DNA of 64,000 bases from Acidimicrobiia bacterium (GTDB taxonomy: Bacteria > Actinomycetota > Acidimicrobiia > IMCC26256 > JADLDD01). A program made the position numbers and the translations under genes. This document shows, in pieces, positions 45,192 to 55,638 of this stretch (the first letter of the stretch is position 1; each line of letters begins with the position of its first letter). The notes beneath the pieces were generated by a model, which worked only from the letters and a program-made list of their open reading frames with translations, ran no database searches and was not told the DNA's origin. The stretch spans positions 16,517-80,516 of the forward strand of contig JADLDD010000081.1 in NCBI GenBank assembly GCA_020846855.1, read 5' to 3'.

Positions 45192-45572
45192 TCAGTCCAT
45201 CACGTCGATGCCGGCCCGGACCCCCTCGGAGGAGCCGGCCGCGCGCACCACCTGCCGGATCGCCTGGATCACGCGACCCCTCCGCCCGATCAGGCGGCCC
45301 ATGTCGTCGGGGGCGGCGCGCACCAGCAGCATGACCTCACCGCGCTGCTCGCTGACCTCGATCTCCACGGCGTCGGCGTCCTCGACCACGTTCCGCACGA
45401 CGTGCTCGGCCACGGCCATCGCCCGGGCCCCGACCACGCGGTTGCCCTCCGCCGCCACCTCGTCGACGTCGAGGTCGTCGTCGTCGTCGTAGTCGTCGTC
45501 GTAGCCGTCGTCGAGGTCGTCGTCGTCGATGTCGTCGAAGTCGTCGGCTCCGCCCGGGCCGTCGGGGGTCAT
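45192..45572 (-). CDS. KH-domain RNA-binding protein (YlqC/UPF0109-like) with a poly-Asp N-terminal extension
   Basis: C-terminal KH core LLVRAAPDDMGRLIGRRGRVIQAIRQV. The N-terminal ~45 aa are DDFDDIDDDDLDDGYDDDYDDDDDLDVDE. Sits in the rpsP-KH-rimM slot. Confidence 0.85.
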   Translation of the reverse strand: MTPDGPGGADDFDDIDDDDLDDGYDDDYDDDDDLDVDEVAAEGNRVVGARAMAVAEHVVRNVVEDADAVEIEVSEQRGEVMLLVRAAPDDMGRLIGRRGRVIQAIRQVVRAAGSSEGVRAGIDVMD

Positions 45573-45961
45573 CACTCCTCACCTGCCGAGGAGTCGTCGG
45601 CGTCGGCGGCGGGCTCCGCGGCCGGGGCCTCGGCCGCCGGGGCCGCCTCCGCGGGGGCGGGCTTCGGGGCCGCCCGGCGCGGCGCGGGGGGCTTGCGGCC
45701 CCTCTCGGTGTGGAATCGCTCCCACACGCCGGCCTGGTCGAGCAGGCGGCGGACCTGATCGGTGGGCTGGGCCCCCTGGCGCAACCAGGCCAGCGCGCGC
45801 TCGTCGTCGAGCGTGACGGCCGCGGGCTCCTGGCGCGGTCCGTAGGTGCCGATGATCTCGATGTAGCGACCGTTACGAGGCGAACGGGAGTCGGCGACCA
45901 CCACCCGGTAGGTCGGCTGCTTCTTCTTCCCCATCCGCATCAGGCGGATCTTCACGGCCAC
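45572..45961 (-). CDS. rpsP: 30S ribosomal protein S16 (Ala/Pro-rich C-terminal tail)
   Basis: (V)[44 protein letters not shown] 45961. Confidence 0.95.
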   Translation of the reverse strand: MAVKIRLMRMGKKKQPTYRVVVADSRSPRNGRYIEIIGTYGPRQEPAAVTLDDERALAWLRQGAQPTDQVRRLLDQAGVWERFHTERGRKPPAPRRAAPKPAPAEAAPAAEAPAAEPAADADDSSAGEE

Positions 45962-46159
45962 GTTGCGTCCTCTCGTAGTGCGATCTCGCGGTGCATCGGC
46001 CCGTCGCCGCGCCGGCCCCGGCGCGGTCGGTGCTCGTCGTGTTGCCCGTCCCGGCGCGCGACCCACGGGACGCGACAGCCCGTAGAGGTTAGCCCGTGGC
46101 GCCCCGGGGCCCGGCAGCCGGGAGGCCGCCCGGGACCGGACCGCACCGGGGTCCGGTGG

Positions 46160-47485
46160 TCACATGCCCGGCACCGGTAGCCGGGGCTTCTTGCCCTTGG
46201 CGACGGAACGCATCATCTGCTGGACCATCTTGAACTGCTTGAGGAGCGCGTTGACGTCGGCGGTGGTGGTGCCGCTGCCCCGGGCGATGCGCAGGCGCCG
46301 CGACCCGTTGATCAGCGAGGGCTCCCGGCGCTCCCGGGGGGTCATCGAGCAGATGATCGCCTCCACCCGGGCCAGCTCCGACTCGTCGACCTGCGCCGAC
46401 TTCAGCTCCTTGGGGAGCCCGGGCATCATCTTCACCAGGTTCTGGAGCGGACCCATCTTGCGCACCTGCCGCATCTGGTCGAGGAAGTCGTCGAGGGTGA
46501 ACTGCCCCTTGCGGAGGCGCTGCTCGGTCTCCCGCACCTGCTCCTCGTCGAACGCCGACTCCGCCTTCTCGATCAGCGTGAGGACGTCGCCCATCCCGAG
46601 GATCCGGCCGGCCATGCGGTCGGGGTGGAACGGCTCGAAGTCCTCGGGCTTCTCGCCGGTGCCGACGAACAGGATCGGCCGGCCGACGACCTCCTTGACG
46701 GACAGCGCGGCGCCACCCCGGGCGTCGCCGTCGATCTTGGTGAGGATCACGCCGTCGAGGGAGACCGCCTCATCGAAGGCGACGGCCACGTTCACGGCCT
46801 CCTGGCCCGTCATCGCGTCGACGACGAGCAGGGTGTTGTGGGGCGCCAGGACCTCGCGGACCTGGCGCAGCTCGTCCATCAGGTCGGCGTCGACCTGGAG
46901 GCGCCCCGCGGTGTCGACGACCACCACGTTGCGGCCCAGCCGGGCCGCCTCCTCCCGGGCCGCGGCCGCGACGTCGACGGCGCGCCAGCGGGCGCCCTCC
47001 GGGGCGCTGAAGACCGGGACGTCGAGCCGCCGGCCCAGGACGCGCAGCTGCTCGACCGCGGCCGGCCGTTGGAGGTCGGCGGCCACGAGCAGGACGCCGA
47101 GGCCCTGGCTCTTGAGGTGACGGGCCAGCTTGCCGGCCGCGGTCGTCTTCCCGGAACCCTGGAGGCCGGCGAGCATCACGACCGTGGGGGGCTGGGAGCT
47201 CATGGTGAGCTTGCCGGTGACCCCGCCGAGGGTGGCGACCAGCTCCTCGTTGACGATCTTGACGACCTGCTGGGCCGGCGAGAGGCTGGCGCTGCCCTCG
47301 GCGCCCGAGGCTCGGTCCTTCACCCGCCCGACCAGGTCCTTGACGACCCGGACGTTGACGTCGGCCTCGAGCAGGGCGAGACGGATCTCGCGGGTCACCT
47401 CGGCGACGTCGCGCTCGCTCAGGCGGCCGCGGCTGCGCAGCCGGCTGAAGATGCCCTCGAACCGTTCGGACAGCGCGTCGAACAA
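46160..47485 (-). CDS. ffh: Signal recognition particle protein Ffh
   Basis: MFDALSERFEGIF..., GLQGSGKTT, DTAGR and the Met-rich M domain. Confidence 0.95.
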   Translation of the reverse strand: MFDALSERFEGIFSRLRSRGRLSERDVAEVTREIRLALLEADVNVRVVKDLVGRVKDRASGAEGSASLSPAQQVVKIVNEELVATLGGVTGKLTMSSQPPTVVMLAGLQGSGKTTAAGKLARHLKSQGLGVLLVAADLQRPAAVEQLRVLGRRLDVPVFSAPEGARWRAVDVAAAAREEAARLGRNVVVVDTAGRLQVDADLMDELRQVREVLAPHNTLLVVDAMTGQEAVNVAVAFDEAVSLDGVILTKIDGDARGGAALSVKEVVGRPILFVGTGEKPEDFEPFHPDRMAGRILGMGDVLTLIEKAESAFDEEQVRETEQRLRKGQFTLDDFLDQMRQVRKMGPLQNLVKMMPGLPKELKSAQVDESELARVEAIICSMTPRERREPSLINGSRRLRIARGSGTTTADVNALLKQFKMVQQMMRSVAKGKKPRLPVPGM

Positions 47486-47548
47486 CGGTCTCCCGCCTGT
47501 GCTCAGGGCCGATGGTAACGGCCTCGGGTCGGTGGTCGGCTCCGCCCC

Positions 47549-48745
47549 CTAGGCGAAGATCGCCTCCACGAACTCCTCGGGGTCGAACGGTACGAGGTCG
47601 TCGACGCCCTCGCCGACGCCCACCCACTTGACGGGGATCCCGAGCTCGCGGTGGATCGCCAGCACGATCCCGCCCTTGGCGGTGCCGTCGAGCTTGGTGA
47701 GCACCACGCCGGTCACGTCGACGGCGTCGGTGAACTCCCGGGCCTGGTTGAGGCCGTTCTGACCGGTCGAGGCGTCGATGACCAGCAGCACCTCGCGCAG
47801 CGCGCCGGGGGTCCGCTCCACGATGCGGCGGAGCTTCTTCAGCTCCTCCATCAGGTTGACGTTGGTGTGCAGCCGCCCCGCGGTGTCGACCAGCACCAGG
47901 TCGGCGCTCCGGTTCCCGGCCGCGGCCATGGCGTCGAAGACGACCGAACCCGGGTCGGCGCCGTCCTGGCCGCGGACGAGGTGGGCACCGACCCGGTCGG
48001 CCCAGTGGGCGAGCTGCTCGGCCGCGGCGGCGCGGAACGTGTCGGCGGCGGCCAGCACCACCCGGCGGCCCGCGGCCTCCTCCTTCTGGGCGAACTTCGC
48101 GATCGTGGTCGTCTTGCCGACCCCGTTCACACCCACGAACATCCACACGTTCGGGCGCCCGGGTTCGAAGCCGAGGGACCGGTCGGCGACGCCCAGCACA
48201 CCGACGAGCTCCTCCTTGAGCCGGGCCAGCAGGGTGTCGCCGTCGGTGATCCGCTGCTCCTTGGCCGTGGTGCGCAGGTCGTCGAGGATGGCGGCGGTGG
48301 TGCCTCCGCCGACGTCGGCGAGGATCAGCGCCTCCTCGAGCTCGTCCCAGGTCTCGTCGTCGATGCCCGCCCGCCCGCGCAGGCCGCCGAACGCGCCCGA
48401 GAACGCGGCCCTCGTGCGACCCAGCCGGTCGCGGAGCCGGGGCCGCTCCCGCACCGGGGCGGGGGCCGTCCCGGACCGGTCCGGACCATCATCGGCCTCG
48501 GCGACCTCGGGAACCGCGGTGGTCTCGGGGAGCGCCACCCCGCCCCCGGGCGCCTCACCCGGGAGCGCCTCGACGGGGGCCACGACCTCGGGCGGGGGCT
48601 CCCCGACCGCGACGGGCGGAGCCGGCGCCGGTGGGGCCTCACCCGGGAGCGCCCGGTGGTCGCGCCGACGGGTCGCCGCGACCGTGCCCGCCACGAGCGC
48701 GACCACGACGACGAGCACGGCAACGGCGATCAGCACGGCGGACAT
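47549..48745 (-). CDS. ftsY: SRP receptor FtsY with an N-terminal TM anchor
   Basis: N-terminal hydrophobic helix, NG domain [26 protein letters not shown]. Confidence 0.93.
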   Translation of the reverse strand: MSAVLIAVAVLVVVVALVAGTVAATRRRDHRALPGEAPPAPAPPVAVGEPPPEVVAPVEALPGEAPGGGVALPETTAVPEVAEADDGPDRSGTAPAPVRERPRLRDRLGRTRAAFSGAFGGLRGRAGIDDETWDELEEALILADVGGGTTAAILDDLRTTAKEQRITDGDTLLARLKEELVGVLGVADRSLGFEPGRPNVWMFVGVNGVGKTTTIAKFAQKEEAAGRRVVLAAADTFRAAAAEQLAHWADRVGAHLVRGQDGADPGSVVFDAMAAAGNRSADLVLVDTAGRLHTNVNLMEELKKLRRIVERTPGALREVLLVIDASTGQNGLNQAREFTDAVDVTGVVLTKLDGTAKGGIVLAIHRELGIPVKWVGVGEGVDDLVPFDPEEFVEAIFA

Positions 48746-48757
48746 GGTCCGTCGATG

Positions 48758-49900
48758 CTACCGGTCGCCGGTTTCGCCTCCCGAAGACGACGAGCCGCCC
48801 GATCCGGCCCCGGAGGCCGTCCCCGGCGGGCCGCCCGTCGGGCGTCCGGGCCGGGGCGCGCCGGCGGCCGGGTAGGCCGGCCGCGGCCACGGGACCTCGA
48901 TCCCCGCCTCGTCGAAGGCGGCCTTGATGCGCGCCCGCAGCTCGCGGGCGACGCGCCACTGCTCCAGCGGGCGCGTCTTCACGACCAGGCGGATGACCAC
49001 CCGGTCGGCGTCGAGGCTCTCCACCCCCCAGACCTCGGGCTCCGAGAGGACGGCCCCGCTGAACCGTTCGTCGCGGGTGACCTCCCCGGCGCTGCGCTCG
49101 ATCACCTCGATGGCCGTGTCGATGTCGGTGTCGTAGGCGACGGGGACGTCGAGGAGCGCCCGCGACCACTGCTGCGACATGTTGGCGACCCGGTGGATCT
49201 CGCCGTTGGGGATGTGCCACACGACGCCCTGGACGTCGCGCAGACGGGTGGTGCGGAGGCTCACCCCCTCCACGGTCCCCGACGCGAAGCCGGCGTCGAT
49301 CACGTCGCCCACGCCGAACTGGTCCTCGACGAGCATGAAGAAGCCGGCCAGGAAGTCGCGGACCAGGCTCTGGGCCCCGAAGCCGAGGGCGACCCCGAGC
49401 ACGCCCGCGCTCGCGAGCAGCGGGCCGAAGTTGACGTCGAGCGAGTCGAGGATCATCACGAAGGCGGTGAACCAGATGATCAGGGCGACGATGCTGCGCA
49501 GCACCGACCCCATGGTGCGGGCCCGCTGCTGGCGCCGGATCGTGGGGACGGGGCCGGTGTCGAGGAGCGACAGGCCGGTGCGGCGGCGGAAGCGGCCCAG
49601 GGCGTCGATGGCCGCCTCCCCCTCCATGCGGGCGGTGACGCGCCGGACGACCAGCCGAGACAGCCGGACGAGCAGGTACGCGACGAGGACGATCACGAGG
49701 ATCCGGACCAGGTCCTCGACGCGGTCGAAGCCCTGGGCCAGGCCGACGTTGTGGGTGAGGTCGTAGACCGTCGAGCACAGCCAGCCCTGCTGCTCGACGG
49801 GTCCGCAAGCCTCGACCCGACCCGGCGAGGAAGCCGCCGCCGGCGCACCCAGCGCGACGATCGCGCCCCAGACCTGCATCCTGATCACGCTACCGGCCAC
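48758..49900 (-). CDS. MscS family mechanosensitive channel
   Basis: TM helices, then [23 protein letters not shown]...[15 protein letters not shown]. Confidence 0.88.
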   Translation of the reverse strand: MAGSVIRMQVWGAIVALGAPAAASSPGRVEACGPVEQQGWLCSTVYDLTHNVGLAQGFDRVEDLVRILVIVLVAYLLVRLSRLVVRRVTARMEGEAAIDALGRFRRRTGLSLLDTGPVPTIRRQQRARTMGSVLRSIVALIIWFTAFVMILDSLDVNFGPLLASAGVLGVALGFGAQSLVRDFLAGFFMLVEDQFGVGDVIDAGFASGTVEGVSLRTTRLRDVQGVVWHIPNGEIHRVANMSQQWSRALLDVPVAYDTDIDTAIEVIERSAGEVTRDERFSGAVLSEPEVWGVESLDADRVVIRLVVKTRPLEQWRVARELRARIKAAFDEAGIEVPWPRPAYPAAGAPRPGRPTGGPPGTASGAGSGGSSSSGGETGDR

Positions 49901-49945
49901 GACCGCGCCACCGGCTCCATCGGCGCGGCGACGCCTCGATGGCCG

Positions 49946-52900
49946 TCAGCCGTCGAGGACCAGCTCCTCCTCCATCCGCTGGCTCACCACCCGGCTCGAA
50001 CCGCCCGGGGGCATCGACACGCCGTAGAGGCAGTCGGCGGCCTCCATCGTCCGCTTCTGGTGCGACACCACCAGGAGCTGCGCTTCACCGCGGAACTCGT
50101 GCAGCAGGTCGAGGAAGCGGTGGAGGTTGACGTCGTCGAGCGCCGCCTCCACCTCGTCGAGGAGGTAGAAGGGCGACGGCCGGGCCCGGAACACCGCGAA
50201 CAGGAAGGCCAGCGCGACGAGCGAGCGTTCGCCACCGGAGAGCAGCGAGAGCCGCCGGGTGTTCTTGCCCGACGGTCGGGCCTCGATCTCGATCCCGCTG
50301 CCGAGCAGGTCGTCGGGGTCGGTCAGGTAGACCCGACCCGAACCGCCCGGGAAGAGGGTGGCGAACAGGTTGTCGAAGTGGGCCTGGGCGTCGGCGAACG
50401 CCGCGCCGAAGATGCTCTCGATCTCCGCGTCGACGGCCCTGATCACGCGGCTGAGCTCCCGCCGGGTGGACTTGACGTCGTCGAGCTGGGCCCGGAGGAA
50501 CTCGTGGCGCTCCTGCAGCGCGTCGTACTCCTCGAGGGCCAGCGGGTTGACGGGGCCCATGATGCGCAGCTCCCGCTCCAGCTCCCGCGCGTGCCCGGCG
50601 ACGGTGGTGCCCGCCGGCACCTCCGGGGCCGGGGCGTCGAGGGCCGCGGCGGGCTCGCAGTCGTGCTCGGCCCGGATCTTCTCGACGGCCGCCTCGAGGC
50701 GGACCCGGTTCTCGGCCTCGTCGAGCTGGGCCCGGCCCGCGAGCTCCCGCACCTCCGTCAGCCGCCGCTCGCACGCCGCCCGGTCGGCGCGCAGGGCGTC
50801 GAGACCCCGACCGACCGACGCGATGGCCTCCGACTGCCGGCGGCGGCGCTCGTGGATGCGGCCGTGGAGGTCGCCGACCTCGCGCCGCAGCCCGTCGAGA
50901 CGGTCGGCCACCTCGGAGTACGCACCGGCCCGGGCGAGGAGCGCGGCGCGGCGGGCCTCGGCGTCGCGCTGGCGCTGGGGGTGACGGGCCAGGCGGCCCT
51001 CGACGGCGGACAGGCGACCCGACAGCACGCGGCGGCGCTCGTCGAGGGCGGCCTGCCGGGCGGCGAGGTCGCGGGCCCTCTCCGCCAGCTCGCCCGACCG
51101 GGCGGCCAGCTCGGCCCGGGCGGCCGTGAGCCGGGCGGCCCGGGCGGCCGCCTCCAGGGCGGCGGACTCGAGCTCCGGCAGCTCGGCCTCGAGCTCCGCG
51201 ACCCGACGCTCGTCGTCGAGGTCGCGCTGCGCCCGTTCGGCCCGGTCGGCGGTCAGCACCTCGACGTCGTGCTCGATCTCACCGCGACGCGCGGCGAGGC
51301 GGGACCCCGCCTCCTCCCCGGCACGGCGTTCGGCCTCGGCCAGGCGGCGGGCGTCGGCGGCGGCGTCGCGCCGGACGCGGGCGGCGTCGGCGTCGGCCGC
51401 CCGCTCGGACCACCGCGACCCCGCGGCGTCGGCGGCGGCCCGGGCCTCGCGGGCCCGGTCGCGGGCTTCGTCGAGCGTCGCGGCCGTCACCGCCGCGGCC
51501 GCGGCCCGGCCGAGACGCCACGGTTGCGACCCGCCGACGCGATCTCCCGCGCGCGTGACCACCACGGGTTCGACCGGGCGGGACGGATGCGGGACCGGGA
51601 GCGCGCCCGGGGCGGTGAGCGCACCGAGCGTCGCGACCGCCTCGGCCCACCCGCCGTCGACGAGAACGGCCGCACCGAGCAGCCGGTCGACGAGGTCGCC
51701 CAGGCGGGGATCGGCGACGGACACGCAATCCCGCAGGTGGCGAGCGCCGGCGAGTGAGGGGGGCAGGGAAGGTGCGGGACGGTAGGAGCCGGCTCCCCCG
51801 ATCCCGGCGGCGCCGGACACGCCCGCCGGGTCGAGGACCAGCAGCAGCGCGCCCGCGTCGCCGGCGGAGAGCCGGTCCAGCGCTCCCGCCACGGCGGAGC
51901 GCTCCACCACCACCGCGCCGAGCGCGGCGTCGAGGACCACCGCCACCGCCTGCTCGGCCCCGGGCTCGATCACCAGGTGGTCGACGAGCGGGCCGGCCAC
52001 GCCGGCGAGCCCGGCGAGGGTCGACGCCCCGGCGTCGGTCCGGGCCGCTTCGAGCGCGGCGGCCACCGCCTCGGCCCGGGCCTCCCAGCGGTGAGCCTCG
52101 GCGTCGGCCTCGCGGCGGCGCCGGTCGGCCTGCTCGGCCTCGCGGACGGCCCCGGCGAGCGCGTCGTCGGCCGCCGACAGCTCGCCGGCGAGCCGTTCCT
52201 CCGCTTCGGTGGACTCGGCCGCCCGGCGCCGCCGGTCGGCCTGCTCGGCCTCGATCCGGGCCAGCGCCTCCCGGGCGCGGGCCAGGCGCGCGTCGAGGCG
52301 CTCGGCGTCGGTGGCCGACCGCTCGAGCGAGCGGCGGCGGGCCTCCAGCTCCCGGCGGGCCTCCTGTGCACCGAGCGGCGCGGCCGCGCCCCCGGCCTCG
52401 GCCTCCGGTGCTCCGACGGCGGCGGGGCCGGCGGCGAGGGCCGCCTCCTCGCCGGCGAGCCGGGCCCGGTCGGCGTCGAGCTCGTTCGCCTCGCGCTCCC
52501 GGTCGGCCTCGGGACCCTCGAGCTCCGACAGCTCGCCGCGCAGCGCGACGGCGTCGGCGACGAGGGTCTCGACCACCCCCTCGTCGGCGATGGACACCAG
52601 GTCGCGCTCCAGGCCCCGGTGCTTCTCGGCCACGAGGGCCGCCAGGCCCCGGGCCCGCTCACGCAGGGCCTCGGCCCGGGCCAGGGCGTCGGAGAGCTCG
52701 GTGTCGCCGGCGTCGCGGAGCCGGCCCTCGGCGTCGAGCACCTCGGCGTCGAGCGAGGCCAGCCGGCCCCGCAGGCCCGACTCCTCGCCGTCGAGCTCCG
52801 CCCGACGGTCGCGGATGCGCTCGGCGCGGGTCTGGAGGCCGGCGAGCTCGTGGCCCGCGAGGTGGAGGCGGGCCGCGGCGAGCTCGGCGACCAGGCCGTC

Positions 52901-53545
52901 GTGGCGGCGGGCGGCGTCGGCCTGGCGGGCGAGCGGGCCGAGCCCGCGGCGAACCTCGCGCAGGAGGTCGTTGAGGCGCAGCAGCGTCCCCTCGGTGGAC
53001 TCGAGGCGTCGCTCGGCCTTCTCCCGCCTCTTGCGGTACTTGAGGATCCCGGCCGCCTCCTCGATCACGGCCCGGCGCTCCTCGGGCCGGGCGTTGAGCA
53101 CGGTGTCGAGCTGGCCCTGCCCGACGATCACGTGCTGCTGGCGGCCGATGCCGGAATCGGAGAGCAGCTCCTGGATGTCGAGCAGGCGGCACGGCGCGCC
53201 GTTGATCTGGTACTCGGAGTCGCCGCTGCGGAAGAGGGTGCGCGTGATCGTGACCTCGGAGAAGTCGATCGGGAGCAGGCCGGCGGTGTTGTCGATCGAC
53301 AGCGACACCTCGGCCCGGCCCAGTGCGGCCCGCTCGGGCGTGCCGGCGAAGATGACGTCGTCCATCTTCGACCCCCGCACCGTTCGGGGTCCCTGCGCGC
53401 CGAGCACCCACGCCACGGCGTCGACGAGGTTCGACTTGCCCGAGCCGTTCGGCCCCACCACCACCGAGACCCCGGGCTCGAAGTCGAGGACGGTCTTGTC
53501 GGCGAACGACTTGAAACCACGCAGGGTGAGCTGCTTCAAGAACAC
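49946..53545 (-). CDS. smc: Chromosome partition protein Smc
   Basis: (V)FLKQLTLRGFKSFADKT...GPNGSGKSNLVDA, long coiled coils, a hinge, a C-terminal LSGGERSL signature and Walker B FYLLDEVEAALD. GTG 53545 with GAAAGGGG upstream. Confidence 0.95.
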   Translation of the reverse strand: MFLKQLTLRGFKSFADKTVLDFEPGVSVVVGPNGSGKSNLVDAVAWVLGAQGPRTVRGSKMDDVIFAGTPERAALGRAEVSLSIDNTAGLLPIDFSEVTITRTLFRSGDSEYQINGAPCRLLDIQELLSDSGIGRQQHVIVGQGQLDTVLNARPEERRAVIEEAAGILKYRKRREKAERRLESTEGTLLRLNDLLREVRRGLGPLARQADAARRHDGLVAELAAARLHLAGHELAGLQTRAERIRDRRAELDGEESGLRGRLASLDAEVLDAEGRLRDAGDTELSDALARAEALRERARGLAALVAEKHRGLERDLVSIADEGVVETLVADAVALRGELSELEGPEADREREANELDADRARLAGEEAALAAGPAAVGAPEAEAGGAAAPLGAQEARRELEARRRSLERSATDAERLDARLARAREALARIEAEQADRRRRAAESTEAEERLAGELSAADDALAGAVREAEQADRRRREADAEAHRWEARAEAVAAALEAARTDAGASTLAGLAGVAGPLVDHLVIEPGAEQAVAVVLDAALGAVVVERSAVAGALDRLSAGDAGALLLVLDPAGVSGAAGIGGAGSYRPAPSLPPSLAGARHLRDCVSVADPRLGDLVDRLLGAAVLVDGGWAEAVATLGALTAPGALPVPHPSRPVEPVVVTRAGDRVGGSQPWRLGRAAAAAVTAATLDEARDRAREARAAADAAGSRWSERAADADAARVRRDAAADARRLAEAERRAGEEAGSRLAARRGEIEHDVEVLTADRAERAQRDLDDERRVAELEAELPELESAALEAAARAARLTAARAELAARSGELAERARDLAARQAALDERRRVLSGRLSAVEGRLARHPQRQRDAEARRAALLARAGAYSEVADRLDGLRREVGDLHGRIHERRRRQSEAIASVGRGLDALRADRAACERRLTEVRELAGRAQLDEAENRVRLEAAVEKIRAEHDCEPAAALDAPAPEVPAGTTVAGHARELERELRIMGPVNPLALEEYDALQERHEFLRAQLDDVKSTRRELSRVIRAVDAEIESIFGAAFADAQAHFDNLFATLFPGGSGRVYLTDPDDLLGSGIEIEARPSGKNTRRLSLLSGGERSLVALAFLFAVFRARPSPFYLLDEVEAALDDVNLHRFLDLLHEFRGEAQLLVVSHQKRTMEAADCLYGVSMPPGGSSRVVSQRMEEELVLDG

Positions 53546-53608
53546 GCGAGGGCCCCTTTCGGCGTAGGGGCGAGAGTAGCGAGGCGGTCCCGGCGGTCCG
53601 CGGATGGA

Positions 53609-53647
53609 ACGGCCGGGTCGGACGGCCGGGTGGGACGGCACGCGGGA
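53609..53647. repeat. 13 bp tandem units (acggccgggtcgg, acggccgggtggg, degenerate third) upstream of smc
   Basis: Read directly. The consensus resembles the 36043-36102 array (ACGG(G)CCGGGNGG). Confidence 0.7.
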
Positions 53648-53774
53648 GCGCCGAGGGACGGAGGCCGGCCCCGAGACGGGGGTGGCGCCCCCGGCCCGCC
53701 GACCCGGCCCGGGAACCGGGGCGGCGGCACGGGGCGGGGAGCCCGCTCCGCCGACGCGGTCCGGGCGAGCCGGG

Positions 53775-54026
53775 TCAGGCCACCCGGAAGCCGCGCTCGC
53801 CGACCGGCGACTCGACCGAGACGTCGATCGCTTCCACCCGGGCCCCGGAGGGCCCGCTCCGGCACCACCGCACGACCCGCTCCACCGCCGCGGGCGGGCC
53901 CTCGAGCACGGCCTCCACCGTGCCGTCGGAGGCGTTGCGCACCCAACCCGCGACGCCGACCGCCACGGCTTCCCGCCGGCACGACTCGCGGAACCACACG
54001 CCCTGCACGCGACCCGTCACCACCAC
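53775..54026 (-). CDS. acyP: Acylphosphatase
   Basis: VVVTGRVQGVWFRESCRREAVAVGVAGWVRNASDGTVEAVLEG. The start is uncertain (three consecutive GTGs at 54026-54018; CTG at 54050). Confidence 0.7.
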   Translation of the reverse strand: MVVTGRVQGVWFRESCRREAVAVGVAGWVRNASDGTVEAVLEGPPAAVERVVRWCRSGPSGARVEAIDVSVESPVGERGFRVA

Positions 54027-54046
54027 GCGGCGCCGGACGGGTGCGG

Positions 54047-54886
54047 TCAGATCTGGCACGTCTCGCAGAAGTAGGTGGAGCGGCCCGACACCTTGCGACG
54101 CACGATCGGGCGCCGGCAGCGGCGGCACGCCTCTCCCTCGCGGGCGTACACCTGGTGGTGCTCCTGGTACCCGCCCGGGTTGCCGAACAGGTCGACGTAG
54201 GCCTCGTCGGCGAGGGTCGAGCCCCGGTGCTTGACGGCGTCCTGGAGGATCTCCGACAGCGACCGGTAGAGGCGCCGCACCTCCTCCTGGGTGAGGCTGT
54301 CGCTCATGCGGTCCCAGCGCAGGCCGGCCGCGAAGAGGATCTCGTCGCTGTAGATGTTGCCGATCCCGGCCAGGAACGTCTGGTCCATCAGCGCGTTCTT
54401 CAACTTCATCCGGCGCGACGCGACCAGGCGCCCGAACGCGTCCCACGACATGGCCGTCTCGAGGGGGTCGAGGCCGAGGTGGGCGATCTCCTCGACCCGA
54501 TCCTCGAGGCCGTCGAGCTCCGTCACGAACATCTCCCCGAAGGTGCGAGGGTCGACGAAGCGGAGCTGACCGCCCTGGGTGAAGGTGATGACGACGTGGG
54601 TGTGGCGCTCCAGGGGCTCCTTGGCGCTCTTGGTGCGGACGAGGCGCCCCGACATGCCCAGGTGCACCACCAGCACCTGGCCGCCGTCGAGGCGGCACAG
54701 GAGGTACTTGCCCCGCCGCGAGACGGATCCGACCTTGCGGCCCTCGAGCGCGGCGACGAACTCCTTGCGCTGGCGATGCCGGCGCACCGAGCGGGCCCCG
54801 TGGACCTCCACCGCCTTGACCTTCTTGCCGCCGATCTCGCGATCGAGGTCGCGCCGGATGACCTCCACCTCGGGCAGCTCGGGCAT
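54047..54886 (-). CDS. mutM: Formamidopyrimidine-DNA glycosylase
   Basis: Must begin MPELPEVE because Pro2 is the catalytic nucleophile. ATG 54886 has GGAGGGGGG upstream. C-terminal zinc finger CRRCRRPI...FCETCQ. Confidence 0.93.
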   Translation of the reverse strand: MPELPEVEVIRRDLDREIGGKKVKAVEVHGARSVRRHRQRKEFVAALEGRKVGSVSRRGKYLLCRLDGGQVLVVHLGMSGRLVRTKSAKEPLERHTHVVITFTQGGQLRFVDPRTFGEMFVTELDGLEDRVEEIAHLGLDPLETAMSWDAFGRLVASRRMKLKNALMDQTFLAGIGNIYSDEILFAAGLRWDRMSDSLTQEEVRRLYRSLSEILQDAVKHRGSTLADEAYVDLFGNPGGYQEHHQVYAREGEACRRCRRPIVRRKVSGRSTYFCETCQI

Positions 54887-54918
54887 GCCCCCCTCCACTT
54901 CCTTGGTCGCGGCTGCCA

Positions 54919-55638
54919 TCAGTCCTCATCCTCCTGGGCCAGGAGCCACGACCAGGCCGCTCGCGCCGCGGCCTGCTCGGCGTGCTTCTTGGAGCGTCCC
55001 TCCCCCGAGCCCCGCACGGCGCCGTCGAGCTTCACGTCGGCGAAGAACCGCTTCGCGTGGTCGGGGCCGTCGGAGGTGACGACGTAGCGCGGGGGGCGAC
55101 GGAAGTGCCGCGCCGAGAGCTCCTGGAGCCGGGTCTTGAAGTCGTCGCCGCCGGGGCCGAGCGCCGAATCGCGGACCCGGTCGGAGAAGAGCCGCTCGAT
55201 GAGGCCCTCCGCCGCCGGCATCCCGCCGTCGAGGTAGACCGCGGCGATCACGGCCTCCATGGCGTCGGCGAGGATCGACGTCTTGGACCGCCCTCCGGTC
55301 GACTCCTCCCCCTTGCCCAGGCGCAGCGCCGCGCCGAGCCCGACGCCGGCCGCGACCTCGGCCAAGGTCGCCGTGTTGACCACCGAGGAACGCAGCTTCG
55401 CCAGCTCACCCTCGGGGAGCTCGGGGAACCGCCGGTAGACGGCGTCGGTGACGATCAGCCCGAGCACCGCGTCGCCGAGGAACTCGAGGCGCTCGTTCGA
55501 CTCGACGCCCCCGTTCTCGGAGCAGTAGGAGCGGTGCGACAGCGCGCACGCCAGCAGCTCGGCATCGGCGAAGCGGTGACCCAGCGCACCGGCCAGCGCC
55601 TCCGCCGGGTCGTCGCCGGCCGGTGCGGTGGCGGTCAC
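54919..55638 (-). CDS. rnc: Ribonuclease III
   Basis: NERLEFLGDAVLGL signature, and a dsRBD at the C-terminus. GTGA overlap with the upstream ACP-like gene. Confidence 0.95.
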   Translation of the reverse strand: MTATAPAGDDPAEALAGALGHRFADAELLACALSHRSYCSENGGVESNERLEFLGDAVLGLIVTDAVYRRFPELPEGELAKLRSSVVNTATLAEVAAGVGLGAALRLGKGEESTGGRSKTSILADAMEAVIAAVYLDGGMPAAEGLIERLFSDRVRDSALGPGGDDFKTRLQELSARHFRRPPRYVVTSDGPDHAKRFFADVKLDGAVRGSGEGRSKKHAEQAAARAAWSWLLAQEDED

